Positions 1 to 8,526 are shown, counted from the first letter of the stretch. The stretch is 14,601 nucleotides of DNA from Candidatus Cloacimonadota bacterium (GCA_029564175.1 JAKQQL010000003.1:1-14601); one strand, 5' to 3'. Made by a program: numbers and translations. Notes: a model not told the origin generated them from the letters alone.

Positions 1-191
1 TCTACGAAGAACACAGGGCTGACGCCCCTTGATACGGTTTTACTGTCTATCTTTCTACGAAGAACACAGGGCTGACGCCCCTTAATACGGTTTAACTGTC
101 TATCTTTCTACGAAGAACACAGGGCTGACGCCCCTTAATACGGTTTAATTGCCTATCTTTTCTACGAAGAACACAGGGCTAACGCCCTGTG
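1..191. repeat. 53-54 bp tandem repeat (3 full units + partial 4th; probably continues beyond the left edge), each with a GGGC-TGAC-GCCC hairpin; REP-like
   Basis: Units start at 1, 54, 107 and 161 (TCTACGAAGAACACAGGGCTGACGCCCCTTRATACGGTTTWAYTGYCTATCTT). The 4th unit carries a perfect hairpin CACAGGGC-TAAC-GCCCTGTG. The array lies just downstream of the hisC-like stop codon. Confidence 0.9.
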
Positions 192-198
192 ATTCGAT

Positions 199-1296
199 CT
201 ATTCCATAAATTGTTTTAATGCCTGATAAAAGGCATTATTATCTTCATCTGAACTGATACTGACCCGTAAATAGTTGGCCAGTACAGGATGAGCCCAAAC
301 CGGACGCACAGAGATGTCATTCGCAAGAAAATGCTCGTATAAATCTTTTGAACGCTCACCAGCACTAAAAATTAAAAAGTTGGTATGCGTGTTTCTGACA
401 ATTAAACCCTTTATCTTGGACATCTGTTCAAATAGTGCATTCCTTCTTTCAATGGTTTTCAAATTATGTTTCTGAAACACTTCTTTGTTTTCCAGCATGG
501 TCAGCGCAAATGCTTGAGTCATGAGATTACTGTGAAAGACAGGAATGACTTTATTGATTTCAAAGCAGTTTTCAGCACTGCTGATGATATAACCAAAACG
601 GAGTCCGGCAGCAGAAAATGATTTTGAGAATGATCTGACAATGATCAGATTTGGATATTCTGAAATCATATCGGCAAAGGTCTTGCCAGAATACTCAAAA
701 TACGTTTCATCTACGATAACCGGTATATCAGTATTCTGTAAGACATGAATAATCTTTTTATCCGGGATCATATGGCCAGTAGGATTGTTCGGATTACACA
801 GAATTGCCAGCTTGCAGTGAGGATCGCGTAGATACTGGATATAATCTTCAATTGAAAAATTAAAGTCCTCATTCAGCGGTAATTGATGAATCTTGAGCCC
901 TACAGAACCTGAATAAGTTTTATAATCAAAATATGAGGGTGCCAGAGATATAGCAAATGAATTATTATCTTCCCGAACAGCTGTAAAAAGATAATACAAC
1001 ATTTCATCAGCTCCGTTGCCAAACAATATCTGTTCTGGTTTGATTCCAAATCCGACATAGTCCGCAAGTGCCTGTTTGAGTTCTGCGCTAACATCCGATA
1101 AATAACGGTTTACAAGCTCTCCGTTTTTCATTTTTTCAATAAACTGCTCACCTAAAATTTCAAATGGGTTTAAAGGGCTTTCATTTAAACACATCATGTG
1201 TTTCCTGCGCTGAACTTCAATTTTCATTTCAGGTTTCTGCTGCAGGTCTTTTCTAAATCTGTACATATCTATCTCCAGAGTATTATTCTCAATCAT
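199..1296 (-). CDS. hisC: Histidinol-phosphate aminotransferase family PLP enzyme (class I/II aminotransferase; CobD-like activity not excluded)
   Basis: 365 aa with motifs LNESP, NRY, GNGADEML, CNPNNPTG, VDETY, RSFSKSFSAAGLRFGY (PLP-binding Lys) and LRVSI. Confidence 0.8.
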   Translation of the reverse strand: MIENNTLEIDMYRFRKDLQQKPEMKIEVQRRKHMMCLNESPLNPFEILGEQFIEKMKNGELVNRYLSDVSAELKQALADYVGFGIKPEQILFGNGADEMLYYLFTAVREDNNSFAISLAPSYFDYKTYSGSVGLKIHQLPLNEDFNFSIEDYIQYLRDPHCKLAILCNPNNPTGHMIPDKKIIHVLQNTDIPVIVDETYFEYSGKTFADMISEYPNLIIVRSFSKSFSAAGLRFGYIISSAENCFEINKVIPVFHSNLMTQAFALTMLENKEVFQKHNLKTIERRNALFEQMSKIKGLIVRNTHTNFLIFSAGERSKDLYEHFLANDISVRPVWAHPVLANYLRVSISSDEDNNAFYQALKQFME

Positions 1297-1317
1297 TTAA
1301 CATTATACCTTATCTAA

Positions 1318-1683
1318 TTAAGCAAGTATTTGTAAAACTTCGCTTATATCTGTTTCCTCACTGCTTTCCATCTCATCAATCAATGTTCCCAAAAATTGAC
1401 TTGCTTTTTTAATTAACTCAATCTCTTCAACAGTAATACTTTTCTCTTTATCGCGAAATGGCATCATTTTTGTTTCAATTGCCTTTGCAACAGCTGAGAT
1501 ATTACCAAGCGCAAGAAATCCGGCAGTTCCTTTTATACTGTGAGCTGCCCGATAAGTTTCATAAATGACATTATGATCAATTTCAGGAAAATTATCAAGC
1601 ATATTGTTTAAATTGTCTTTTAAAATGTTCAAATATTCTGCGGATTCTTCCAAAAACGCTTCTTTGATTTCTTCTATATCCAT
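1318..1683 (-). CDS. Stand-alone Hpt (histidine phosphotransfer) protein, CheA P1-like
   Basis: 121 aa, acidic and predicted helical; FLEESAEYL N-terminal motif and RAAHSIKGTAGFL H-box (His48); AAGGAGG RBS on the minus strand upstream; 21 bp gap to the hisC-like gene. Confidence 0.85.
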   Translation of the reverse strand: MDIEEIKEAFLEESAEYLNILKDNLNNMLDNFPEIDHNVIYETYRAAHSIKGTAGFLALGNISAVAKAIETKMMPFRDKEKSITVEEIELIKKASQFLGTLIDEMESSEETDISEVLQILA

Positions 1684-1740
1684 CAGTTCCCTCCTTAAAA
1701 TCTTCCTGTCTTCGTCTGTTTATAAAAATAACAGCGAATC

Positions 1741-1904
1741 GGTGAAATTGATTCAGTCATAACTTTCATTAAACACTGAATATAATGTATAAACTAGTCT
1801 TTTTTGAGAAATTGTCAACAAATAATTCTAAAATGTTAAAAAAAACAAAACTCACATCCAATAATCACATCTTTTTTTTATCAAGCGTTGGTGAAATTGA
1901 TTCA
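1741..1904. promoter_or_regulatory. Two exact copies of GGTGAAATTGATTCA (core TGAA-N5-TTCA) at 1741-1755 and 1890-1904; candidate operator pair
   Basis: 15-bp exact direct repeat, 149 bp apart, in the divergent intergenic region; both copies have AGCG a few bases upstream. Confidence 0.45.
1791..1818 (-). promoter_or_regulatory. Candidate sigma-70 promoter for hpt-hisC
   Basis: Minus strand TTGACA (1818-1813), 16 bp spacer, TAGTTT (1796-1791). The -10 is weak and the background is AT-rich. Confidence 0.4.
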
Positions 1905-2124
1905 AAAGCAGTAAATATACTTGTTGTTTTCTAATGAAAACGCTCTGATTATTGATCATAAAAACATCTATTTTTACCATTTTTACCCTATTTACATTTT
2001 CAAAAACGCCTTAATTAAACGTTTTTATCAAAATATGCAAAGACTTTTTCAGAAAATTCATTAAGCATAAACAGGCTATTTTTAAAAAGTTACAATTTTT
2101 TTTTATCAATTTTGAAAAAAAATA

Positions 2125-2153
2125 TTGACAATAAACTCTTAGAATGATATATT
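2125..2153 (+). promoter_or_regulatory. Near-consensus sigma-70 promoter with extended -10 for the 712-aa secreted protein
   Basis: TTGACA (2125-2130), 17 bp spacer, TATATT (2148-2153), TG at 2145-2146; A-tract upstream; GGGAGG RBS at 2189-2194. Confidence 0.75.
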
Positions 2154-2197
2154 TTAACATGGAAGATTAAAAAAGGATATTAAAGAAAGGGAGGCAA

Positions 2198-4336
2198 GTG
2201 ATGAAAAGAATACTTGTAATCGGACTTATGATGACCTTAGCTTTATGCTTATTTGCAGAGCTTCAGGTTGCAAACACAAACGGTCCAGTTCCAGTCCTTG
2301 AACAAAACAAAGTAGCGCAGAGAACTAACAGAAATGAAGTTCCTTACAGCTACGAATTTGTAACCAATCCAGTTCTTGTTAAAGCGAATAACTATTATGA
2401 TTACCAATTTGGTGCTTATGATGGTTATCCAATCGAGTTACAGCAAAGTGGTGTTGGCCTTTATTTAACTTACATGTTCAAAGTAAGTGCTACTGGCCGC
2501 AGAGCTCAAAACTTCGCTTATGTTACTCCAGACGGAACTATTGTTCATGAAGGTGGTTTAACAACTGAAACTTCAAATGAAGGTTTTGGTACATTAGCAA
2601 TTGATCAGACAACTGAAAATCCATTTTTCGTTTGGCATGCTCAATATACTGGTATGTCTGACTTAGGCGTTTGGGGAACCGCTGACAACTATGCAATGAT
2701 GAGTTCACCTAACACTTTATTACCAAAGACTTTAATCATTGACAACTCAACTACATCAGCTGAATTTTCTTATATTTGGCCTGTAGTTTTAGTTGGACCT
2801 TCACCAACAGCTGATTCACGTCGTGTTCACGTTTTTGCATCTAACTCAGGTACACGTCCTCACGGCAATCCTTCATCAAACGTTATGTACGCTTATGCTG
2901 ATTTCACAAGCGATACTTTTGACGCAACTGATTTAGAAGGTTTAGACTGGCAATATGCTACTTTCCCATATCTTGATGCAATTCACAACACCGTAAAATC
3001 AGCTCGTGCATATCCTTCTTATGCTGTTAAAGATAACAAAGTCGTTATCGGTGGTTTTGTTTTAGCTGAAGATGGTATCACTGATGCAGCTGACTCTACT
3101 ATCGTTTTATGGCCTGCTCACAATACTTTCTTCTTAGTAAATGAAAACTATGGACAAGGTGATTTCACAACTTATACTTTTGATACAAAACGCCCTATTC
3201 CTTCACCAACTAACGAAGATGGTACTGTATATCCAGAAGGTTATTCAGATTTCGTTCTTGAAGATTCATATTCTAACCACAGAGAATTAGTATTTGATAA
3301 TAACAATCGTGTTCACTTTACTGGCGCTTATGCGTGTGTATTTGATGATGGTTCAGGCCCAGATGCAAGAAAATACTGGCCTTTAACTATCTACGTTAAA
3401 GACGTTAAATTTAACTTAAATACTCATGAAATTGATATCGTTGACGTTCAACCAAAAGGTGACTTCCCTAATGACGGTTTATTAACTATTCCTTGGGACT
3501 TTAATGAAGACGGAACTCCTGACTCTTATACTGAAGGTTCATGGAATTTCGAACATGTTCAATTCCCTATTACATTTGACGTAGCTGGTGATGCATTCCA
3601 TTATAACTACTATCGCCAGACTCATGCTAATGCAAACGGCTGGATGGCTATGATGTGGAATGATACATACAAAGCTTATCAGTACAACCAAAATCAGGAT
3701 AACGATTATTTAGCTTTTGCTAACGCTCCTGAAGTTTATATGGCTTTCTCAAAAGACAACGGTAGTACCTGGAGTGAACCACTCGTAATGAACGGTGTTG
3801 CTTCTGATACAGGCGAAGAAGGTAACTACAACCCAGCTTTCCAGAATATGATTCCTACATTCTTCTATGTTGCTCCTGAAGTTGAAATCTTAGACAATGA
3901 CTGGGGAAAACTCCACATTATGTTTATGAATGATAATTCTTATGGTTCAGCTGTTCAGCAAGATGGTTCAAACACTGGTGGTAATGTAATGTACACTTCA
4001 TTAAAAGTGAACTTCTCACAATTACCTGCTAATGCTGGTGGCGATGTTACTGTTAAACCTGCTGGCAAATTAAACCAAAACTATCCTAACCCATTCAACC
4101 CAACTACAAAAATCAGCTTCAACCTTAAAAATGCTGAGAACGCTAACCTTTCTATCTACAACGTAAAAGGTCAGTTAGTTAAAACATTAGTTAACGGTCA
4201 TGTTAATGCTGGTAGCCATGAAGTTGTTTGGAATGGTGTTGACAACAATAACAACAACGTTGGTAGCGGTGTTTACTTCTACAGATTAAGCACTCCAACT
4301 TCTAACGAAGTTAAAAAAATGGTTTTAATGAAATAA
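2198..4336 (+). CDS. Secreted/surface protein with signal peptide, one Asp-box (BNR) motif and C-terminal FlgD Ig-like / T9SS type-A-sorting-like domain
   Basis: 712 aa (start GTG 2198 or ATG 2201); signal peptide MKRILVIGLMMTLALCLFA; SKDNGSTW Asp-box (3749-3772); DFNEDG Ca-binding-type loop; C-terminal LNQNYPNPFNPTTKISF...IYNVKGQLVKTL...WNG...SGVYFY...KKMVLMK from about 4070. Confidence 0.85.
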   Translation: MMKRILVIGLMMTLALCLFAELQVANTNGPVPVLEQNKVAQRTNRNEVPYSYEFVTNPVLVKANNYYDYQFGAYDGYPIELQQSGVGLYLTYMFKVSATGRRAQNFAYVTPDGTIVHEGGLTTETSNEGFGTLAIDQTTENPFFVWHAQYTGMSDLGVWGTADNYAMMSSPNTLLPKTLIIDNSTTSAEFSYIWPVVLVGPSPTADSRRVHVFASNSGTRPHGNPSSNVMYAYADFTSDTFDATDLEGLDWQYATFPYLDAIHNTVKSARAYPSYAVKDNKVVIGGFVLAEDGITDAADSTIVLWPAHNTFFLVNENYGQGDFTTYTFDTKRPIPSPTNEDGTVYPEGYSDFVLEDSYSNHRELVFDNNNRVHFTGAYACVFDDGSGPDARKYWPLTIYVKDVKFNLNTHEIDIVDVQPKGDFPNDGLLTIPWDFNEDGTPDSYTEGSWNFEHVQFPITFDVAGDAFHYNYYRQTHANANGWMAMMWNDTYKAYQYNQNQDNDYLAFANAPEVYMAFSKDNGSTWSEPLVMNGVASDTGEEGNYNPAFQNMIPTFFYVAPEVEILDNDWGKLHIMFMNDNSYGSAVQQDGSNTGGNVMYTSLKVNFSQLPANAGGDVTVKPAGKLNQNYPNPFNPTTKISFNLKNAENANLSIYNVKGQLVKTLVNGHVNAGSHEVVWNGVDNNNNNVGSGVYFYRLSTPTSNEVKKMVLMK

Positions 4337-4352
4337 TTTAAGATCACATAAT

Positions 4353-4379
4353 AAGAGCGGGTTTATCCCGCTCTTTTTT
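4353..4379 (+). terminator. Rho-independent terminator
   Basis: AAGAGCGGG-TTTAT-CCCGCTCTT followed by TTTT, 16 bp after the stop codon. Confidence 0.85.
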
Positions 4380-4402
4380 CTATCCCTACTGCGAGCAGAG
4401 TT

Positions 4403-4655
4403 GTAGCGCAAGCTACCAGCTTGCGAATATAGGCTACAAGCAAGATACTTGTAGTACGGAAAATTGTAGCGCAAGCTACCAGCTTGCGAAAATAAACTAT
4501 AAGCAAGATACTTGTAGTACGGGAAGATTGTAACGCAAGCTACCAGCTTGCGAAGTCTTATTCTACAAACAGAATACTCGTAGTACGAATATAAACAGTA
4601 ACGCAAGCTACCAGCTTGCGAAAAGAAATCAAGGCAAGCAAGTTGCTTGCCCTAC
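4403..4655. repeat. REP/BIME-like array 1: four inverted doublets of 23-bp GTAG/GTAA/GTAC-headed palindromes
   Basis: Type A GTARCGCAAGCTACCAGCTTGCG (+) at 4403, 4466, 4530 and 4598; type C GTACTACAAGTATCTTGCTTGTA and variants (-) at 4435-4457, 4498-4520 and 4564-4586; type B GTAGGGCAAGCAACTTGCTTGCC (-) at 4633-4655. Confidence 0.85.
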
Positions 4656-4673
4656 AACTAACAGGAAATAAAC

Positions 4674-6368
4674 ATGTTTTTACTGGACAATCCACATCTG
4701 ATATTATTTATGCTGGAATTTGCTCTGATTCTGGGTGCTTCAAAGCTTTTAGGCTTAGTTTTTAAAAGATTTAAACAACCCACAATTACCGCAGATCTGC
4801 TAATTGGTTTAATCCTTGGTCCCACCATTTTACGCAGATTTTCACCGGCTTTCAGTCAATTATTATTTCCGGTAGATCATACTCAATTTCTGATGTTGGA
4901 GACGATTGCCTGGACAGGTATTTTTTTTATGCTTTTGGAGACAGGTCTGGAAGTCAACTTTGCAAGTATCTGGCGACAGAAAAAGCAGGCAGGCATTATT
5001 GCTGTTTCCGGTATTGCAATCCCTTTACTCATTTGTTTTCTTGCAGTTTCTCTTCTTCCAGACAAGTATTTGCTCCCCAATACCAATAAGACGCTCTTTG
5101 CCATGTTTGTTGCCGTAACAATGACCATCAGTGCGATGCCGATTGCAATACGTGCATTATATGATTTAGACATTCTCAAAAGTGATATGGGGTTTTTAAT
5201 TGTATCGGCATTAACAATCAATGATTTTATCGGCTGGATTCTTTTTACAATCGTATTAGGGGTTTACACACATGGCAGTGCAGATTTATTATACATTTTA
5301 AAATTTGTTTTTTTGACCGTTGCCTTTGTGGGTGGTTCTTTTTTCTTCTTACGAAAACACGTGAACACTATCATCCAGAGGATAAAAGGGCAGTACGAAG
5401 ATGGGATTGGCTTGACAATCAGTTTTATTACGATTTTAGGAATGGTCTTTGGAGCCATCACACTGGCGATTGGATTACATGCGCTTTTAGGTTTTTTTCT
5501 GGCTGGTTTAATTGTAGGCGGTTCAGAGTTCCTGAGTGAAAAAGAGCGTCATGTCATCAATAAAATGGTCTATTCCATCTTTGTTCCTTTTTTCTTTGTT
5601 ATTATTGGTTTGAAAATGGATTTTCTGGCAGATTTTGATTTTGGATTACTCCTTTTTATGACCTTAGTATCTGTTTTATCTAAATTTTTTGGGGCATGGA
5701 TAGGCACAGTTATCAGCAAGAATCCAGCGAAAGACAGATTTCCGATAGCCGTTGCCCATACCGCAGGTGGAGAAATGCAGATTGTACTTGGAATGCTAGC
5801 TCTTGAGACAAAGCTCATCTCTCAGTCTATCTTTATTGCCATTGTTGGTGGCGCAATTATTTCTACCATCTTACTTGGTCCCTGGCTGAGCTATGTGCTA
5901 AAACTACGTCAGAAATCTATCTTCCACAGCCTGTTTAAAAAAGAGTTTATTTTTACCTGTGATCGATGCGGAAGCCAGGAAGATATGATTCATTTCCTTT
6001 CAGATAAAGCATCCAAACTGGTCAGAATTCCTGTACAAGAAATCGCAGAGAATATACTTCAACGAGAAAACAGTATGTCCACAGCGCTTGGACATCACCT
6101 GGCAATTCCTCATGCGAGAATTGATCATCTGAAAAAACCTTTGATTCTATTTGCCAATTCTCCCCAACCAATTGAATGGAACTCCCCTGATGGACTGCCA
6201 GTTCACATGGTCTTTCTGGTGTTGACCCCAGCAGAACAATCTACTGTTCAATTATTAATTTTACGTGATATTGCAAACCTCTTTAAAAATCCTAAATTCT
6301 CTGAAAAGCTGATTCACATCCATCAGACTCCTCTCATTTGGCAATGTTTTAAAGAGGCATTCAATTAG
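4674..6368 (+). CDS. CPA2-family cation:proton antiporter (Na_H_Exchanger, KefB/NapA-like) fused to a C-terminal PTS EIIA type-2 (Fru/Ntr-like) domain
   Basis: About 410 aa polytopic region with KQPTITADLLIGLILGP, LETGLE, ISAMP, INDFIGW, LGFFLAG and FVPFFFVIIG; C-terminal RENSMSTALGHHLAIPHAR (phospho-His position = His480, codon 6111-6113) and IEWNSPDGLPVHMVFL. Confidence 0.85.
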   Translation: MFLLDNPHLILFMLEFALILGASKLLGLVFKRFKQPTITADLLIGLILGPTILRRFSPAFSQLLFPVDHTQFLMLETIAWTGIFFMLLETGLEVNFASIWRQKKQAGIIAVSGIAIPLLICFLAVSLLPDKYLLPNTNKTLFAMFVAVTMTISAMPIAIRALYDLDILKSDMGFLIVSALTINDFIGWILFTIVLGVYTHGSADLLYILKFVFLTVAFVGGSFFFLRKHVNTIIQRIKGQYEDGIGLTISFITILGMVFGAITLAIGLHALLGFFLAGLIVGGSEFLSEKERHVINKMVYSIFVPFFFVIIGLKMDFLADFDFGLLLFMTLVSVLSKFFGAWIGTVISKNPAKDRFPIAVAHTAGGEMQIVLGMLALETKLISQSIFIAIVGGAIISTILLGPWLSYVLKLRQKSIFHSLFKKEFIFTCDRCGSQEDMIHFLSDKASKLVRIPVQEIAENILQRENSMSTALGHHLAIPHARIDHLKKPLILFANSPQPIEWNSPDGLPVHMVFLVLTPAEQSTVQLLILRDIANLFKNPKFSEKLIHIHQTPLIWQCFKEAFN

Positions 6369-6417
6369 CGTTTTATGATTTAGTGTTGATGCTGATTTTT
6401 TGATTTAATTGCATTTA

Positions 6418-8490
6418 CTAAAACACTTTATTGATTTTCATCCAGATAGACGCACTGCTTCGTTCAAAACGATCATTTATTTCATCTGCTGTTGATTTAT
6501 AACCGGCATAGAGACTACTTGTAGGATTGATATACCAGTGTAATGTTGTAAAATAGCCAAGATGTTGACTTTGCGCCAGATATTCATAGTTATTGTATCT
6601 TGCTCCACTAACGATTTTAATTCTGCTGTTAAAAGTCAATTCCAGATCGAAGTTGCCAATATCATATATACTGTCAAACTCTGGAGAATCTTTAATATCA
6701 AGCCATACAATATGATTATTACGTATATTGTATGAAATCATAGGTCCCAGATATCCGCTTATACCACCATAAATCACTTGCTTCATTTTTGATTTCTCAA
6801 ATGTATAGTTAATATTTCGTCCGTACGTTGTTCCCACATATCCATTCATTGGTTTAAAGAAATCCCAGCTGGCATTCAAATCTCCTTCATACCAGTCTGT
6901 TAAGATCCCTGAAAGACGATCAGAACCTCCATTAATACTGGCAGAGAGATTGGTCTGATTGATAAAATTCAGATTAACTCCCAGATTTCCATATCGATTT
7001 CTCACAGAGTTCAGATCTTCTCTTTCATATTCTGCATTCAGGTTGTGATAAATATTATAAGTCCTGATAAAAGAGTCAGGGACATAAGTGTCATAATACA
7101 GATTATATCCACCGCTTACGCTGTTTTTATTAAACTGACTCTCATAATTCGCCATACCAGGCATATAATATTTAGAAAGATAGTTAAAATAGAAATCAGA
7201 ACTTAACTGATTAAAACGTTTGTTTAATCCCAAGCTAATTCTGTGTCCCTGTTCATTATCCAGACCTCTAATCTGATTGTGTGTATAAACAAAACGCCCA
7301 CTGATACTAGTCGTTTGATCAATCTGATAAAAAGGATATGTCTGAACAACATAGTTATAATAATCATATTTCGAATTCATTCTGGTTAAAAAAGTACTGT
7401 GATTTGAAAACTGGGAATAGTTCTTTTTGAATGCAATCACATTAAACAAATCATCATAATTTGTAACTGTCCCCATGCTTTTATTTTCTTTATCCATTGC
7501 GCTTAATACAGCAAAATTCCAGTCTGAGCCTGTAGCTGTATATTTTAAAGCATAGACAGGTTGCATGATATTACGGGTATAAAATAAGCCGTCTCCAACA
7601 CCAAAAGCATTGAGATCTTCAGTAAAAAAACGTCTGTTTTCTCCATACTGAGGGGGATATTTATTGTTATGGGTATCTCTTTCTTCATCGATAGGGGTTT
7701 CTGTAAAGTCCGGATTAAAAGCAGCTTTGAACAAAGAGTTATCTGTTGGACGATAACTGATATTTAATCCCACGTTATCAGATAAATCTGAATAATTCTC
7801 ATTTTCAATATCATAAGAGCTATAGAGATAAGGCACTACCTGAATATTGCCTGGGCTGTCAATTCTATCGTTAATGATTCCAGGTTCAAATGAGTCAAAA
7901 TACTGACGTATCGAAAATCCGGAAGTAGGAGAATAAGGATTGCCATAAGCTGAGTTTTCTTCATGAACCTGTCTAGCCAAACTGATTCCCCATTGGTAAG
8001 GCGGTTCACCTTCATAACGAAGATCTTTAAACGGGATTTTCATCTTCACTTTCCATAACTTCTCATCAAAATCAGACTCGCAATCAAAAAAACTATTCCA
8101 GGCTCTATCTACCTGAAAATTATCTTTACGGACAGCATCATAGCATGAACCATAAGGATATACAGAAAAATAATAAGCAAAATCCTCATTTTTCAGCGTC
8201 TTAATCTGAAGTCTGACATAATCACTACTCTGAGAATCATCTCTTGTTGCATAAGCGCCAGGGTAAAAACCTTCTCCAATTTCCAATTCCCAGTAAGCAT
8301 ATAGATTTTTTCCATCATGCCAAAACCAGCAATCTGTCTTCAAAGGAATTTGTTGTCTGTCAGCCGGAGAGATTCTCTCCATCCCTGAAATGCAGTTGAA
8401 ATCTGCCTTAATCAACGTATCAGAATAAGGTATCTGTATGGCAGACAATAAGACTGCCCCCAACATTAATATCAAAATAATCGCTCTCAT
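6418..8490 (-). CDS. DUF5916-type outer-membrane protein (N-terminal CBM9-like domain, C-terminal predicted beta-barrel)
   Basis: 690 aa; short signal peptide; DGKNLY...IPFKDLRY...WGI CBM9-like motifs; NPDFTETPID / ENRRFFTE / LFYTRNI resemble DUF5916 motifs; alternating beta-strand pattern and C-terminal Phe (IWMKINKVF). Confidence 0.7.
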   Translation of the reverse strand: MRAIILILMLGAVLLSAIQIPYSDTLIKADFNCISGMERISPADRQQIPLKTDCWFWHDGKNLYAYWELEIGEGFYPGAYATRDDSQSSDYVRLQIKTLKNEDFAYYFSVYPYGSCYDAVRKDNFQVDRAWNSFFDCESDFDEKLWKVKMKIPFKDLRYEGEPPYQWGISLARQVHEENSAYGNPYSPTSGFSIRQYFDSFEPGIINDRIDSPGNIQVVPYLYSSYDIENENYSDLSDNVGLNISYRPTDNSLFKAAFNPDFTETPIDEERDTHNNKYPPQYGENRRFFTEDLNAFGVGDGLFYTRNIMQPVYALKYTATGSDWNFAVLSAMDKENKSMGTVTNYDDLFNVIAFKKNYSQFSNHSTFLTRMNSKYDYYNYVVQTYPFYQIDQTTSISGRFVYTHNQIRGLDNEQGHRISLGLNKRFNQLSSDFYFNYLSKYYMPGMANYESQFNKNSVSGGYNLYYDTYVPDSFIRTYNIYHNLNAEYEREDLNSVRNRYGNLGVNLNFINQTNLSASINGGSDRLSGILTDWYEGDLNASWDFFKPMNGYVGTTYGRNINYTFEKSKMKQVIYGGISGYLGPMISYNIRNNHIVWLDIKDSPEFDSIYDIGNFDLELTFNSRIKIVSGARYNNYEYLAQSQHLGYFTTLHWYINPTSSLYAGYKSTADEINDRFERSSASIWMKINKVF

Positions 8491-8526
8491 TTTTCCCTCT
8501 GTATCCCATTATTTTCTTTTTTAAAA

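Noticed and set aside
1..191. CRISPR array at the left edge
   Set aside because: Whole 53-bp units are near-identical and there are no unique spacers.
900..1094. 64-aa alternative-frame ORF in the hisC-like gene (likewise 13337-13603 and 13914-14156 over phoU and the comB-like gene)
   Set aside because: They largely or fully overlap confident genes and have no independent support.
4325..4606. 93-aa minus-strand ORF with repeated SQAGSLRYN peptide
   Set aside because: It is a translation of REP array 1 and the terminator; the peptide repeats simply mirror the DNA repeats.
4401..4622. CRISPR array (four ~27-bp palindromic repeats with ~36-41-bp spacers)
   Set aside because: The spacers are homologous to each other and are inverted copies of the same REP family. 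The repeat recurs elsewhere in both orientations, and there are no cas genes.
4883..5818. Short ORFs within the antiporter gene (4883-5221, 4906-5118, 5264-5461, 5570-5818)
   Set aside because: Antisense or out-of-frame shadows of a hydrophobic membrane-protein gene, with no recognisable motifs.
1318..6368. A single phosphorelay linking the Hpt protein to the antiporter EIIA domain
   Set aside because: Hpt domains exchange phosphate with receiver aspartates, whereas EIIA is phosphorylated by HPr. The genes are in separate, oppositely oriented transcription units, so proximity is the only link.
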